Positions 17,692 to 26,842 of a stretch of 64,000 nt of DNA are shown one piece after another. Position numbers and translations under genes: made by a program. Origin of the DNA: an uncultured delta proteobacterium (lineage in GTDB: Bacteria > Desulfobacterota > Binatia > JACPRU01); the NCBI GenBank assembly GCA_963711395.1, contig CAVQEA010000020.1, positions 72,623 to 136,622 of the forward strand, in the 5' to 3' direction. Under the pieces are notes generated by a model. That model was not told the DNA's origin. It did not search any database and worked only from the letters and a program-made list of their open reading frames with translations. The stretch's first letter is position 1. Every line of letters begins with the position of its first letter.

Positions 17692-18897
17692 TCAGCGGTA
17701 GAGCAACACTCCCTCGCGCTCTTCGAGCCAAGCCGCTTCATCGGATGCGGCGAGTCGATCGAGGTCGTCTGGCGCCGCGGCGGGGTCATCGACCCATTCG
17801 CGCAGCTGCTCGCCGCCGTTGATGAGATCGATGGCGAGACGTTCGCGCTCGTACTCGTAAGGAAAATCGCGCCACATCTCGCGCGGCGGATCGAGCGTGC
17901 GCAGCGCCTTGAGAGCGAGCGCGATCAGGCGCCACGGCCGAAACCGTGCATGGTCGTATGCGGGGCCGTCGACGTGCACTTGCAGACCGCCGCAAAGCGC
18001 TCCAGCGTGCTTGTGAAACGTCGGCTCGAACCAGCAGGGACGAAGCCGACAACCTTCCAGCCAGTGCGGCGCCAGCGCGTGCATCCGGTCGGCGAGCGCG
18101 GAAGGGTCGACGTACGGCGCGCCGAACAGCTCGAGCGGCCGCGTCGTGCCGCGACCCTCCGAGAGAGTCGTCCCCTCGAGCATCACGGTGCCGGGATAGC
18201 AACGAGCCATCGAGAGGTTCGGTGCGTTCGGGCTCGGGTTCACCCAAGCGCGCTCGCCGAGCGGCCAACCGAAACCCGGCGCCCGCTCCGGCGACCAGCC
18301 GGCCATCGTGACGATCTCGAGCTCGACGTCGAGGCGCAGGCGGCGCACGAACCATCGGGCGAGCTCGCCCATCGTCAAGCCGTGACGCATCGGCATGGGG
18401 CCGGCGCCGACGAAACTCTCCCAACCCGCGCGGAGGCAAGGCCCCTCGATCGGGCGCCCGATCGGGTTCGGGCGATCGAGCACCCACACCTTCTTGCGGT
18501 GCGCAGCTGCGGCCTCGAGCATGTAGCGCAGCGTGGTGACGAACGTATACACGCGCGTGCCGAGATCCTGAAGATCGATCATCAGGACGTCGAAGGAGTC
18601 CATCATCGCGTCGGTGGGTCGCCGAACCTGGCCGTAGAGGCTGAAGACCGGAATGCCACGGCGAGGATCGACGAAGTCGGCGGACTCGATCATGTTGTCT
18701 TGCTTGTCGCCGCGCAGGCCGTGCTGGGGGCCAAACGCGGCGGTGATCGTCAGCTCGGCGTGCGTGCCGAGCGCGTCCAGAGAATGTGTGAGGTCACGCG
18801 TCGTAGAGGCGGGGTGCGCCAGCAATGCCAGCCGCCGGCCGGCGAGCGGCTGGCGCAGCGCGGCCTCCTCGTGCAGGCGGTCGATGCCGAATTTCAA
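17692..18897 (-). CDS. DUF1343 family protein (exo-beta-N-acetylmuramidase NamZ-like)
   Basis: Intact 401 aa. FGPQHGLRGDKQDNMIES, IPVFSLYG, FDVLMIDLQDLGTRVYTFVTTL, VLDRPNPIG, TLSEGRGTTRPLELFGAP. Confidence 0.85.
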   Translation of the reverse strand: MKFGIDRLHEEAALRQPLAGRRLALLAHPASTTRDLTHSLDALGTHAELTITAAFGPQHGLRGDKQDNMIESADFVDPRRGIPVFSLYGQVRRPTDAMMDSFDVLMIDLQDLGTRVYTFVTTLRYMLEAAAAHRKKVWVLDRPNPIGRPIEGPCLRAGWESFVGAGPMPMRHGLTMGELARWFVRRLRLDVELEIVTMAGWSPERAPGFGWPLGERAWVNPSPNAPNLSMARCYPGTVMLEGTTLSEGRGTTRPLELFGAPYVDPSALADRMHALAPHWLEGCRLRPCWFEPTFHKHAGALCGGLQVHVDGPAYDHARFRPWRLIALALKALRTLDPPREMWRDFPYEYERERLAIDLINGGEQLREWVDDPAAAPDDLDRLAASDEAAWLEEREGVLLYR

Positions 18898-18912
18898 CGC
18901 ACCCGACCCCTA

Positions 18913-19494
18913 TCACCCGCTCCCCGGCGGCTCCAAGCAGAGAACGAAGCTGTCTCGGTGGTGAAAGTCGGGCTTCTCGCGGGGATGGCGCAGCGCCCAG
19001 TACGAGCGCGCGCCGGCGTCGTTCTCGATGACGGCGGCGAGCCCGACGCGCCAGGGAACCGCCTTTCGCGACGGCGGCTGTCGGGGGAGCCACAGGCGAG
19101 CTGTGAGCTCGACGAGCTCGTGACTGCCGTTGACGGAGATGGCCGGCGCGAGCAGGTCGCACGGCGCGGTTGCGGCATTCCGGTAGTCTCGAAACGCGTA
19201 GATGGCCCACTCGCGCGACGGGGCTAGGTTGAACTCGCGATACGGCGACTCTCCTTCCGTGGCGACGAACAGCTCGAAACAGGTGTGCTGCCAAAGCCGC
19301 GTGCCCGGCCGCGTCGGGCCCGGGGCCGGCAAACGGATGCGCGAGACGACCGCCGCGAGCTGGAACGCGACATCGAGCGTTCCGTCGCGAGATCTCTCGA
19401 CGGACGCCCGTAGATCGTGCACGGCGTCGGTGGGAGTCGCTGGGTGGTAGTGGAGCTGGCTGACGGCGACGTGGCTCATGCGGCGCCGTGGCAA
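18913..19494 (-). CDS. DOMON-like / carbohydrate-binding-family-9-like domain protein
   Basis: 193-aa ORF. LWQHTCFELFVATEGESPYREFNLAPSREWAIYAFRDYR is the recurrent motif of DOMON-like hypothetical proteins. The start may be the Met at 19479. Confidence 0.6.
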   Translation of the reverse strand: MPRRRMSHVAVSQLHYHPATPTDAVHDLRASVERSRDGTLDVAFQLAAVVSRIRLPAPGPTRPGTRLWQHTCFELFVATEGESPYREFNLAPSREWAIYAFRDYRNAATAPCDLLAPAISVNGSHELVELTARLWLPRQPPSRKAVPWRVGLAAVIENDAGARSYWALRHPREKPDFHHRDSFVLCLEPPGSG

Positions 19495-19501
19495 CGGACG
19501 T

Positions 19502-19978
19502 TCAGGAACTCGTCCCCGGTTTGGGAGATGTCGGGGCGCGAAGCAACTTGTTGATCATGCGCAGCAAGGCGTCCTTGAAGACCGGCTTGACCAGGTAGCC
19601 ATCGAGCCCCGCTTCAAAGCTCTTACGGGGGTCCTCCTGCTGGGCAAAGGCGGTCACGGCGATGATCGGTGTGCGCTTGAGCCGATTCTCGCGCTCCCAT
19701 GCGCGAATCTGACGGGCTGCCCAGTATCCGTCGAAGTTCGGCATCTGCAGATCCATGAGCACGAGGTCGTAGTCCGCCAGGCGGAAGAGGTCGGCGGCCA
19801 TTCGCCCGTCTTGGGCGACGTCTACCTGGTAGTCGGGGCCTTCGATCAACGTGCGCAGGATCCAGCTGACATCGGCCGTGTCCTCGGCGAGCAAAACGCG
19901 AAGACGTCGGCGCTCGCCGCTCTTGACGGACGGGTTCACTTTCCTCGTCGTGAATGCCGAGCACGTTGGTGATGGCAC
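19502..19978 (-). CDS. Response-regulator receiver (REC) domain ORF
   Basis: LRVLLAEDTADVS, DLVLMDLQMPNFDG, IIAVTA, KPV. 158-aa ORF as written. Confidence 0.8.
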   Translation of the reverse strand: MPSPTCSAFTTRKVNPSVKSGERRRLRVLLAEDTADVSWILRTLIEGPDYQVDVAQDGRMAADLFRLADYDLVLMDLQMPNFDGYWAARQIRAWERENRLKRTPIIAVTAFAQQEDPRKSFEAGLDGYLVKPVFKDALLRMINKLLRAPTSPKPGTSS

Positions 19979-20351
19979 CGATGATGGCGGTACGCGTGAG
20001 CGGCTTCGCCACGTAGACCGCCCCTAGAGCACGGGCGCGAGGGATCTGCTCGGTCATGCGCTCCGGACCGATCATCAAGACCGCACGCTGGAACTCCTGC
20101 GGGTAGGCCTTGAGTCGCTCGACGACCTCGAAGCCATCGGTCAGTGCCATCGTCGAGTCGACGAAGATCAATTGAAACGGCACACCTGCGTCGCGGGCGC
20201 GCGTCAGCTCGGCGATCCCGCGCGCGCCGGCGTCCGCCTCGGCGACGTCCGCACCCCAGTCGGCGAGGGTCTTTCGCAGCACCGCGCGGACACTGAATTC
20301 GTCGTCGATGACGAGAGTACGGATGTCCTTCAGGTTCGGCGGTCGGCCCAA
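19623..20351 (-). CDS. Second REC-domain ORF with no stop after the domain; probably the N-terminal half of a REC-REC protein split from 19502..19978 by one frameshift near 19945
   Basis: A TTG at 20351 is preceded by GCGGAGGA. (M)GRPPNLKDIRTLVIDDEFSVRAVL..LIFVDSTMALTDGFEVV..VLMIGP..KPLTRTAIIGAITNVLG. After this the frame runs on as junk, overlapping the next REC, until 19623. Confidence 0.6.
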   Translation of the reverse strand: MGRPPNLKDIRTLVIDDEFSVRAVLRKTLADWGADVAEADAGARGIAELTRARDAGVPFQLIFVDSTMALTDGFEVVERLKAYPQEFQRAVLMIGPERMTEQIPRARALGAVYVAKPLTRTAIIGAITNVLGIHDEESEPVRQERRAPTSSRFARRGHGRCQLDPAHVDRRPRLPGRRRPRRANGRRPLPPGGLRPRAHGSADAELRRILGSPSDSRMGARESAQAHTDHRRDRLCPAGGPP

Positions 20352-20484
20352 CGTATCCTCCGCATCTTCCCCTCCCTGCGCGCACAGGCATTTCAGCACT
20401 CGGCGCAGGTGCGCACAAGCGAGCGCTACCGACGCCCCGCACACCGCCAGCATTCGTCGCGCATGCCGGCCAGCGTCGTGCGCG

Positions 20485-21122
20485 CTAGCGGTAGAACAGC
20501 GTCCTCCAGCCGTTGCGTTGCGCCTCCCAATGCGCAACGCCGTCGCTGCGACTGAAGATGGCCGTCGACGGGACCGGGGGCGGATCCTCCAGGCGTGCCA
20601 GTACCTCGGGATCGTGATCCGCAACTCTCCGCCCCGTGACCAGCTCGTAGAGGCGGCGGACGTTGGATCCGTAGCCTCGCCCGGCGAACGGGCTGCCTAA
20701 GGTGATGACTTGACGGACTTCCGCCGGCATCGTCCGCGCGATCTCGCGCGCATAGATGCCGCCGAGGCTCCAGCCAACCAGGCTGAGCTTACGGCGGTGG
20801 CGATCGTAAAGCTCTTCGATCCGGAGCGTGAGCTTGCGTTCGATCGGCCAGCGCTCGCCGCGGAAGCCCAGGTTCCGTCCGAGCCGCCACCCGTGCACGT
20901 GATACCCGAGACAGCGTAAGTATCGTCGCAACGCGAGCGTCGACTCGTCGCCCGCGGTGAATCCGGGAAGCACGAGGACCGGGTGACCGTCGCCGCGCGG
21001 GCGCGGCGCAGCCACGGAGCCGCGGGAACCAGCGATGCGAGCTCGAGCACCGCCCGCTGCCCCTCGAGCAGGAAGAGCCACAGCGGCGGGCGTCGCACCG
21101 CGTCTGGCTGACGGCCGTTCAC
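20485..21122 (-). CDS. Alpha/beta-hydrolase (PGAP1/lipase-like) with a single frameshift near 21000
   Basis: ORF 20697..21122 supplies MNGRQPDAVRRPPLWLFLLEGQRAVLELASLVPAAPWLRRA. ORF 20485..21081 supplies PRGDGHPVLVLPGFTAGDESTLALRRYL..LSLVGWSLGGIYAREIA (GxSxG). Confidence 0.65.
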
Positions 21123-21129
21123 CGAGCGG

Positions 21130-22098
21130 TCACGGGATCAGCAGCACCTTGCCGGTGGTCTCTCGCCCCTCGAGTGCCCGGTGTGCCGCCGCCGCATCGG
21201 CGAGCGGGTACTCGCGCTCGACGCGGAGGGTGAGCTTGCCGTCGCGAATCCAAGCAAAGACGTCTTTGGCGCGCGCTAGGAGCTCCGCCCGAGTGAGGAT
21301 GTAGTGTGCCAAGGTAGGCCGCGTCAGGAACAGCGAGCCGCGTGCGCTCAGCTCCTGAGGATCCAGGCTCCCCACGGGGCCGCTCGCCTGGCCGTAGAGC
21401 ACCATCATGCCGCGAGGCGCAAGGCAGCGGAGGCCCTTCTCGAACGTCGTACGGCCGACGCCGTCGTAGACGACCTGCACGCCGGCTCCGCCAGTCAGCC
21501 GCTTCACCTCGACCTCGAAGTCCTGCTCGGAGTAGAGGATCACATCGTCGGCGCCTGCCTGCCGTGCGAGAGCCGCCTTCTCCGCGCTCGAAACCGTCGC
21601 GAGCACGCGCGCACCGCGGAGTTTGGCGATCTGGCAGAGGAGCAGCCCGACCCCGCCCGCCGCGGCGTGCACCAGGCAGGCGTCCCCGCCACGGAGCGGC
21701 CAGCAGGCCGTGGCCAGATAGTGCGCCGTCATTCCCTGCAGCATCGCCGCCGCGCCTTGCTTGGAAGTGATCCCGGCGGGCAGAGGAACGAGCCGGGAGG
21801 CGGGGGCGGCGACGTATTGCGCATAGGCTCCGGGCACGCTGGTGAAGGCGACACGGTCCCCGACGCGCACGTCGTCCACCTCCGCACCGAGCGCCGTGAC
21901 GACTCCGGCACCTTCCAATCCGAGCGTCAGCGGCAGCGCGGCCTTGTAGAGCCCTTTGCGGAAATAGACGTCGATGAAGTTGAGGCCGGCCGCTTCGATG
22001 GCGACCAGCGCTTCGCCCGCGCTCGGTTGCGGTTGCGGCAGCTCGTCGAGGCGCAGCGCCTCCGGGCCGCCGTGCGCGTGGACGCGAATCGCCTTCAT
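21130..22098 (-). CDS. qor: NADPH:quinone oxidoreductase (zeta-crystallin-type MDR)
   Basis: Intact 322 aa. MKAIRVHAHGGPEAL, NFIDVYFRKGLY..PLTLGLEGAGVV, HAAAGGVGLLLCQIAKLRGARV, TGKVLLIP. Confidence 0.85.
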   Translation of the reverse strand: MKAIRVHAHGGPEALRLDELPQPQPSAGEALVAIEAAGLNFIDVYFRKGLYKAALPLTLGLEGAGVVTALGAEVDDVRVGDRVAFTSVPGAYAQYVAAPASRLVPLPAGITSKQGAAAMLQGMTAHYLATACWPLRGGDACLVHAAAGGVGLLLCQIAKLRGARVLATVSSAEKAALARQAGADDVILYSEQDFEVEVKRLTGGAGVQVVYDGVGRTTFEKGLRCLAPRGMMVLYGQASGPVGSLDPQELSARGSLFLTRPTLAHYILTRAELLARAKDVFAWIRDGKLTLRVEREYPLADAAAAHRALEGRETTGKVLLIP

Positions 22099-22108
22099 GA
22101 GCGACGCC

Positions 22109-22678
22109 TCAGTGGCATTTCTGTTGAAGGTAACGCTGCGCGTTGGCGATGTCGTCCTTGTACCACTGCAGCGCCTTCTTGTGCTGGCCCGTGGGCGTGA
22201 TCTCGTTCACCTTGGATTGGTCGAAGCGGATCCGTTCGCGCATCTTGTCACACTCCTGGCGTTGCTCGGCTTGGCGCCGTTGCTGCTCCTCGCGCTGCCA
22301 CTGCTGATCCTGACGCTGCTCGCGCTTTTCCTTGCGCCAACCCGTGTAGCCCGCGTCGCGGCAATCGTCGCGGTCGCGCAGGGCGTCCTTCAAGTCGTCT
22401 CGGTACCACTCCAGCGCCTTCTTGTGTCGTCCGGTCGGGGAGATCTCGTCGATCTTGGCGCGATCGTAGTCGATGCGGTCGTCGAGCTCCGAGCACGCGT
22501 AGCGCTGGTGCTCACGAGTCTCCCAGGCGCGCTCGTCGTCGTAGTCGTCCGACGGGGAACCTCGGTATCCGCCCGATCCACCCATCGTGTTCGGTGAGAG
22601 GTCCAGGCCTTCGATGCATCCGGGTGCGACGGCCGCAGCCAACGCCGCCACCGCGAGTCTCGCGCGCCACCCCATCAT
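22109..22678 (-). CDS. Lipoprotein with an internally duplicated Cys-bracketed module
   Basis: Signal and lipobox-like MMGWRARLAVAALAAAVAPGC. Two copies of C..(D/R)..I(D/R)(Y/F)D(R/Q)(A/S)K(I/V)(D/N)EI(S/T)PTG(R/Q)HKKAL(E/Q)WY(R/K)DD..C are separated by a Q/R/E-rich linker. Confidence 0.65.
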   Translation of the reverse strand: MMGWRARLAVAALAAAVAPGCIEGLDLSPNTMGGSGGYRGSPSDDYDDERAWETREHQRYACSELDDRIDYDRAKIDEISPTGRHKKALEWYRDDLKDALRDRDDCRDAGYTGWRKEKREQRQDQQWQREEQQRRQAEQRQECDKMRERIRFDQSKVNEITPTGQHKKALQWYKDDIANAQRYLQQKCH

Positions 22679-22904
22679 CAGCCTCCTCCAACCTCGTTTT
22701 CAACGCTAGTCCGGCGTCGATAGAAGCACGTGGCGCCACGCGACTCAAACCCGCTACAGACCGCGGCTTAGCCGAGGAAACCGTGCCCTCGTCGATTTAC
22801 GACATTTGAACATAGGCTGTTACTTTTTTGACGTGAGCCCCAAACCGGCGCCTCGCGAGATCGATAATATCCGATTGTAGCGAATCTTTTTTTCGAGAGC
22901 GCGG

Positions 22905-22919
22905 TGGCACAATCGTTGC
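22905..22919 (+). promoter_or_regulatory. Candidate sigma-54 (-24/-12) promoter
   Basis: TGGCACAATCGTTGC matches TGGCAC-N5-TTGC exactly. It lies in an AT-richer gap about 23 nt upstream of the first ATG (22942) of the histidine kinase. Confidence 0.4.
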
Positions 22920-22941
22920 GAAAGCTTCGAGCATACCCCCT

Positions 22942-25186
22942 ATGCAGCAAGCTCCGAGCTCGATGCTCCAGGGCCCAGCTCTCTCAGGAGGACTTCGCCT
23001 CGAATGTCGAGCGCTGTTGCTCCAGAGGCTGCGTATCGGCGCGATTCTCGGCTTGGTGTTCATTCCGGCCTTCGTGCCGATCGACTATGTGCGCATGCCG
23101 GAGCACTTCGGTTGGGCCGTCATGGTGCGCCTGATCGGCTGCGCGATCCTGGCTGCTCTGCTGCCCCTGGTCACGACCCAGTTTGCCCAGCGCCGCGCCG
23201 AATGGCTCGCCGCTGTCGGTGTAGCCACCGTCAGTGCGACGATCCTCGGCGTCGCTCGCTTCGCCGATGGGGCCTCCGACCCCGTGTACTTGGTGCAGGC
23301 GATGGCGCTCGTGGTCCTCATCATGGGGACGGCGCTGCTGCTGCCGCTCGACGGGCGAACGATGTTGATGCTCGGAGCAATTCCATTCGCCATGCAGGCG
23401 CTCGCCACACTGCACTACTCCTTCCTCGAAAACTTGCCGATTCTCTGCTCGAGCCTGACCGCGTTGGGGGTCGCGAGCGTCGGGGCACAGACCGCGTTCG
23501 TGAGCCGGCTCGGCGACTACGATGGCCGTCAGGCGAAAGAGGCGTTGCTCGAGGCGCGATCGGAGATCGTCGCCATGCTGGAGCGCGACGTCGCGGCGCG
23601 CAAGCGAACCGAGGAGGTGCTGCGCAAGAGCGAGCAGAAGTACCGCGCGCTCTTCGAGGAGACGCACGACGGCGTGATCCTGTCGTCGATCGAGGGCGGC
23701 ATCCTCGACGCGAATCCGGCGGCGCTGGCGATGTTCGGCTACCAGCAGAAGGACGAGCTGTGCGCGCTGCTGACGAATCAGCTCCAGTACGGAGCCTCCG
23801 AGGACGACCGCCGACGCCTCGGCCAACTGCTCCGCGCTGACGACTCTTCGCTGTGCGATCTCGAGGTCGAATTTCGACGCAAGGACGATAGCAAGCTCGT
23901 CGCCATGGTGAGCTCGAGCCCGATCCGTGACGAAAACGGGAAGCTCGCCGGGTTCCGCATGATCCTGCGCGACGTGACGGAACGAAAGATGTTCGAGGCT
24001 CGCCTGCGCCAGACGCAGAAGCTCGAGGCGGTCGGCATTCTCGCCGCCGGCGTGGCGCACGAGATCAACAATCCGCTCACCTATGTGCTCAGCCACCTCC
24101 AGAGCCTGTTGCAGGAATTCTCGCGGACGGAATCGGCTGGGGCGGCGCTCTCGCCGGCCGTGGAATCGATGCGAGCTCACGTCCGCGAAGCGGCGGACGG
24201 CGCCGATCGCGTGCGCAACATCGTCCGCGACCTCAAAACCTTCTCCCGTCGCAGCGAAGACGAACGGGGCGCGGTCGACCTCATCGGCGTGCTCGAAACC
24301 TCCATCAAGCTCGCCGCTCACGAGCTCAGAAACCGCGCGCAAGTGCGCCGTGACCTACGGCCGGTACCGCAGGCCGTCGGCGATCCCGGACGGCTCGCGC
24401 AGGTCTTCGTCAATCTGCTGATCAACGCCGCTCAGGCGATCGAGGAAGGGGCGGCTGACCGAAACGAGATCAGTATCGCCACGCGTGCCACCGAAGAAGA
24501 GGTTTTCGTCGAGGTCTCCGACACCGGGGCCGGCATCTCGCCGGAGCATCTAGATCGGCTGTTCGATCCCTTCTTCACCACCAAGGCTTCGTCGGGCGGC
24601 TCCGGGCTCGGGCTGTCCATCTGTTACAACATCGTCAGTTCCTTCGGCGGCCGTATCGAGGTCGAGAGCAAGCCGGGGATGGGGACCCGCTTCACCGTGA
24701 GGCTGCCGATTGCGCGCTCCGCGCGAGTCGAGCATCCGGCGGTGACCGCCATCCGGGCGCCCTCGCGACGAGGGCGTATCCTCGTCGTCGACGACGAGCC
24801 ATTCGTGCTCTCGACGGTCACCATGATCCTCGCGCGCGACCACGAATTGGTCGGGGTCAGCGGCGGCGCAGAGGCTTTGGCGGCGATCGAAAAGGACGAT
24901 CACTTCGACGTGATCCTGTGCGATCTCATGATGCAGAACAGCACTGGCATGGACGTCTACGGGCAGCTTCTCAAGCGCCACCCGAGACTCGCGCGCCGTG
25001 TGCGTGTTCATGACGGGCGGCGCCTACACGCCGGCGTCCCGAAGCTTCCTCGCTCGGATCTCGAACCGCTGCATCGACAAGCCGTTCGGTGCGGCGGATC
25101 TCACGAAGGTGGTGGAGCAGGTGATGGCGGGGGATGCGGTGCGGAGCGGGACGGCGCCTCGCAGGGTCGCCCGCTCCGCCGCCTAG
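22942..25186 (+). CDS. Hybrid sensor histidine kinase (multi-TM sensor, PAS, HisKA, HATPase_c, C-terminal REC); REC split by one frameshift near 24995
   Basis: - About 6 hydrophobic segments in the first 200 aa.
- PAS-like region: YRALFEETHDGVILSSIEGGILDANPAALAMFGY.
- H-box GVAHEINNPL.
- NLLINAAQA, SDTGAGI, GGSGLGLS.
- REC start RILVVDDEPFVL..VILCDLMMQNSTGMD.
- The REC end (VFMTGGAYTP..IDKPFGAADL) is in ORF 24998..25186. Confidence 0.85.
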
Positions 25187-25196
25187 ACGCGCCGAC

Positions 25197-26399
25197 TCAG
25201 GCCGCAACGTCGAGCCTGAACAAGCGCGCCGCGTTGAGCCCGAGGATCTTCGCGCGCGAGGCGTCGCTCAGGTGGCTCATTTGCCGCTCGATCGCCTGCG
25301 CGGAATGCGGCCACGATCCCTCGTGATGCGGGTAGTCGTTCGCCCAGAGGAAATTGTCGGCCAGCCCGAGCGGCTCGGCTAGCGCGAGACCGGCGGCATC
25401 TTCCTGGAAGGAAGAAAAGCCTTGGCGCCGGTAGTACTCGCTGGGCAGCAGGTCGAGCTTGGGAAACGCCCACATGTGGTGCTTGCGGTACGCCTCGTCC
25501 ATCGCTTCGAGCGCCCAGGGTACCCAGCCGATCCCTGCTTCGATGGTCGCGAAGAGGAGCTTCGGGAAGCGCTGCAGCACACCGGAGGCGCAGAGGTTGG
25601 CGACCGGCTCCATGGTCGGGGAGAGCGAATGGGTGACGTAGTTGACTACGGCGCCGCCGCTGCCCCGCGCGGCCCTCGGGTCGCGTCCCGTGGAGACGTG
25701 GAACGTGATCGGCAGGTCGACGTCGCAGATGGCCGTCCACAGCCAGTCGAACTCGGGAAGGTTGTAGTTCGGCTGCTCGGCGTCGGGCGCTCCCCAGTGT
25801 GGTTTGCAGGGAAGCGTGAGGCCGCGGAAGCCCTCGCGCGCAGCCCAGGCGATCTCCCGCAGGGTTCCTTCGCGGTCGCCCGGGGCGATCGCGGCCATCG
25901 GCAGAATCGAGGTCTCGTAGCCGCGGTATGCTTCGCAGGCCCAGCGATTCCACGCTCGGCACATCGCCATCGAGAACTTTGGGTCGGGCGTCGCCCAGAC
26001 GAGCAGCCCCTTGTTCGGAAACACGATCTCGACGTCGACGCCGTCGCGCCGGTGGTCGCGCATGCGATCCTCGGGGTTCGCCCCGGCCGCCGTGCGCACG
26101 CGGTCTTCCGGGGCCATCGTGTTCTCGGCGTTGTTGGTGCGCAGCCGCTGCGGCCGCCAGCCTTCGGTCAGCAGCCAACGCTCGCCCTTCGCGTCCACCT
26201 CGACGCGAGGAAGTCGTGAGCGGTACTCAGGCTCGATGCGAGCGGAGAGAAAGTCGTTGGGCTCGTTGGCGTGGCAGTCCGCCGAGACCATGAAGTACTT
26301 GTTCGGGTCCCCGGCCCGTGCGGTCCGCGGCCAGCCTCGCGCTCCGGGGGTATCGAGCCTCCAGGCGTTGACCGAATCTTCGAGAGCCGTGTCGTTCAC
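25197..26399 (-). CDS. Amidohydrolase-2 (ACMSD-type metal-dependent hydrolase) family protein
   Basis: SADCHANEP, VDVEIVFP, ITFHVSTG, WANDYPHHEGSWP. A GTG at 26399 is preceded by GGAGGA-TTCGAA and forms a GTGA overlap with the upstream stop. The track start at 26423 is a TTG without an RBS. Confidence 0.85.
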   Translation of the reverse strand: MNDTALEDSVNAWRLDTPGARGWPRTARAGDPNKYFMVSADCHANEPNDFLSARIEPEYRSRLPRVEVDAKGERWLLTEGWRPQRLRTNNAENTMAPEDRVRTAAGANPEDRMRDHRRDGVDVEIVFPNKGLLVWATPDPKFSMAMCRAWNRWACEAYRGYETSILPMAAIAPGDREGTLREIAWAAREGFRGLTLPCKPHWGAPDAEQPNYNLPEFDWLWTAICDVDLPITFHVSTGRDPRAARGSGGAVVNYVTHSLSPTMEPVANLCASGVLQRFPKLLFATIEAGIGWVPWALEAMDEAYRKHHMWAFPKLDLLPSEYYRRQGFSSFQEDAAGLALAEPLGLADNFLWANDYPHHEGSWPHSAQAIERQMSHLSDASRAKILGLNAARLFRLDVAA

Positions 26400-26842
26400 T
26401 TCGAATCCTCCTCGATCTGCCAATGCACGAGCGTGAAGGGCGGATCGCCGTCGGCACGATCCTCGAACACCGCTCGAACCGGCGCTCCGACACGCACGGG
26501 TGCGCGCGGATCACCGACCAGGTTTCCGACCATGCGCACGGCGCCAGCCTGGGGCAGCTCCACCAGCGCGACCACGTACGGCACCGCGGACTTGAGCGCG
26601 GGATGGACCGGATGCCACACGCGCTCCCAGCCGTAGATTCGACCCGTCGGCTCGACCGCGAGCCACTCGGTGTCGAAGGAGCGACAGGCGTGGCAGATCC
26701 ACTCGGGTCCCCAGCGCCACGTCTCGCAAAGGCGGCAGCGTTGCACGCGGAGCTCGTGGTTGCGGGTGCCTTCCCAGTACGCGCGATCGAGCCCGTCGGC
26801 CGCGGGGCGCGGAGCCGGCAGTCCGGGCAGCAGCACGCTCAC
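26396..26842 (-). CDS. Zn-ribbon OB-fold protein (DUF35 family)
   Basis: Last 148 codons of ORF 26396..27901. ELRVQRCRLCETWRWGPEWICHACRSFD..GRIYGWERV..VVALVELPQAGAVRMVGNLVG. The GTG start forms a GTGA overlap with the thiolase-like stop. Confidence 0.85.
   Translation of the reverse strand: MSVLLPGLPAPRPAADGLDRAYWEGTRNHELRVQRCRLCETWRWGPEWICHACRSFDTEWLAVEPTGRIYGWERVWHPVHPALKSAVPYVVALVELPQAGAVRMVGNLVGDPRAPVRVGAPVRAVFEDRADGDPPFTLVHWQIEEDSK

Noticed and set aside
17620-19227. 535-aa plus-strand ORF
   Set aside because: It is antisense to the DUF1343/NamZ-like and DOMON-like genes and has typical high-GC shadow-ORF composition.
21304-22200. 298-aa plus ORF, plus other plus/minus shadow ORFs across qor, the LLM oxidoreductase, ltaE, the hydratase and the D-aminoacylase (for example 10400..11515, 15343..16434, 51959..52897, 52904..53791)
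   Set aside because: Each lies antisense to an intact gene with clear family motifs, and each shows shadow-ORF amino-acid composition.
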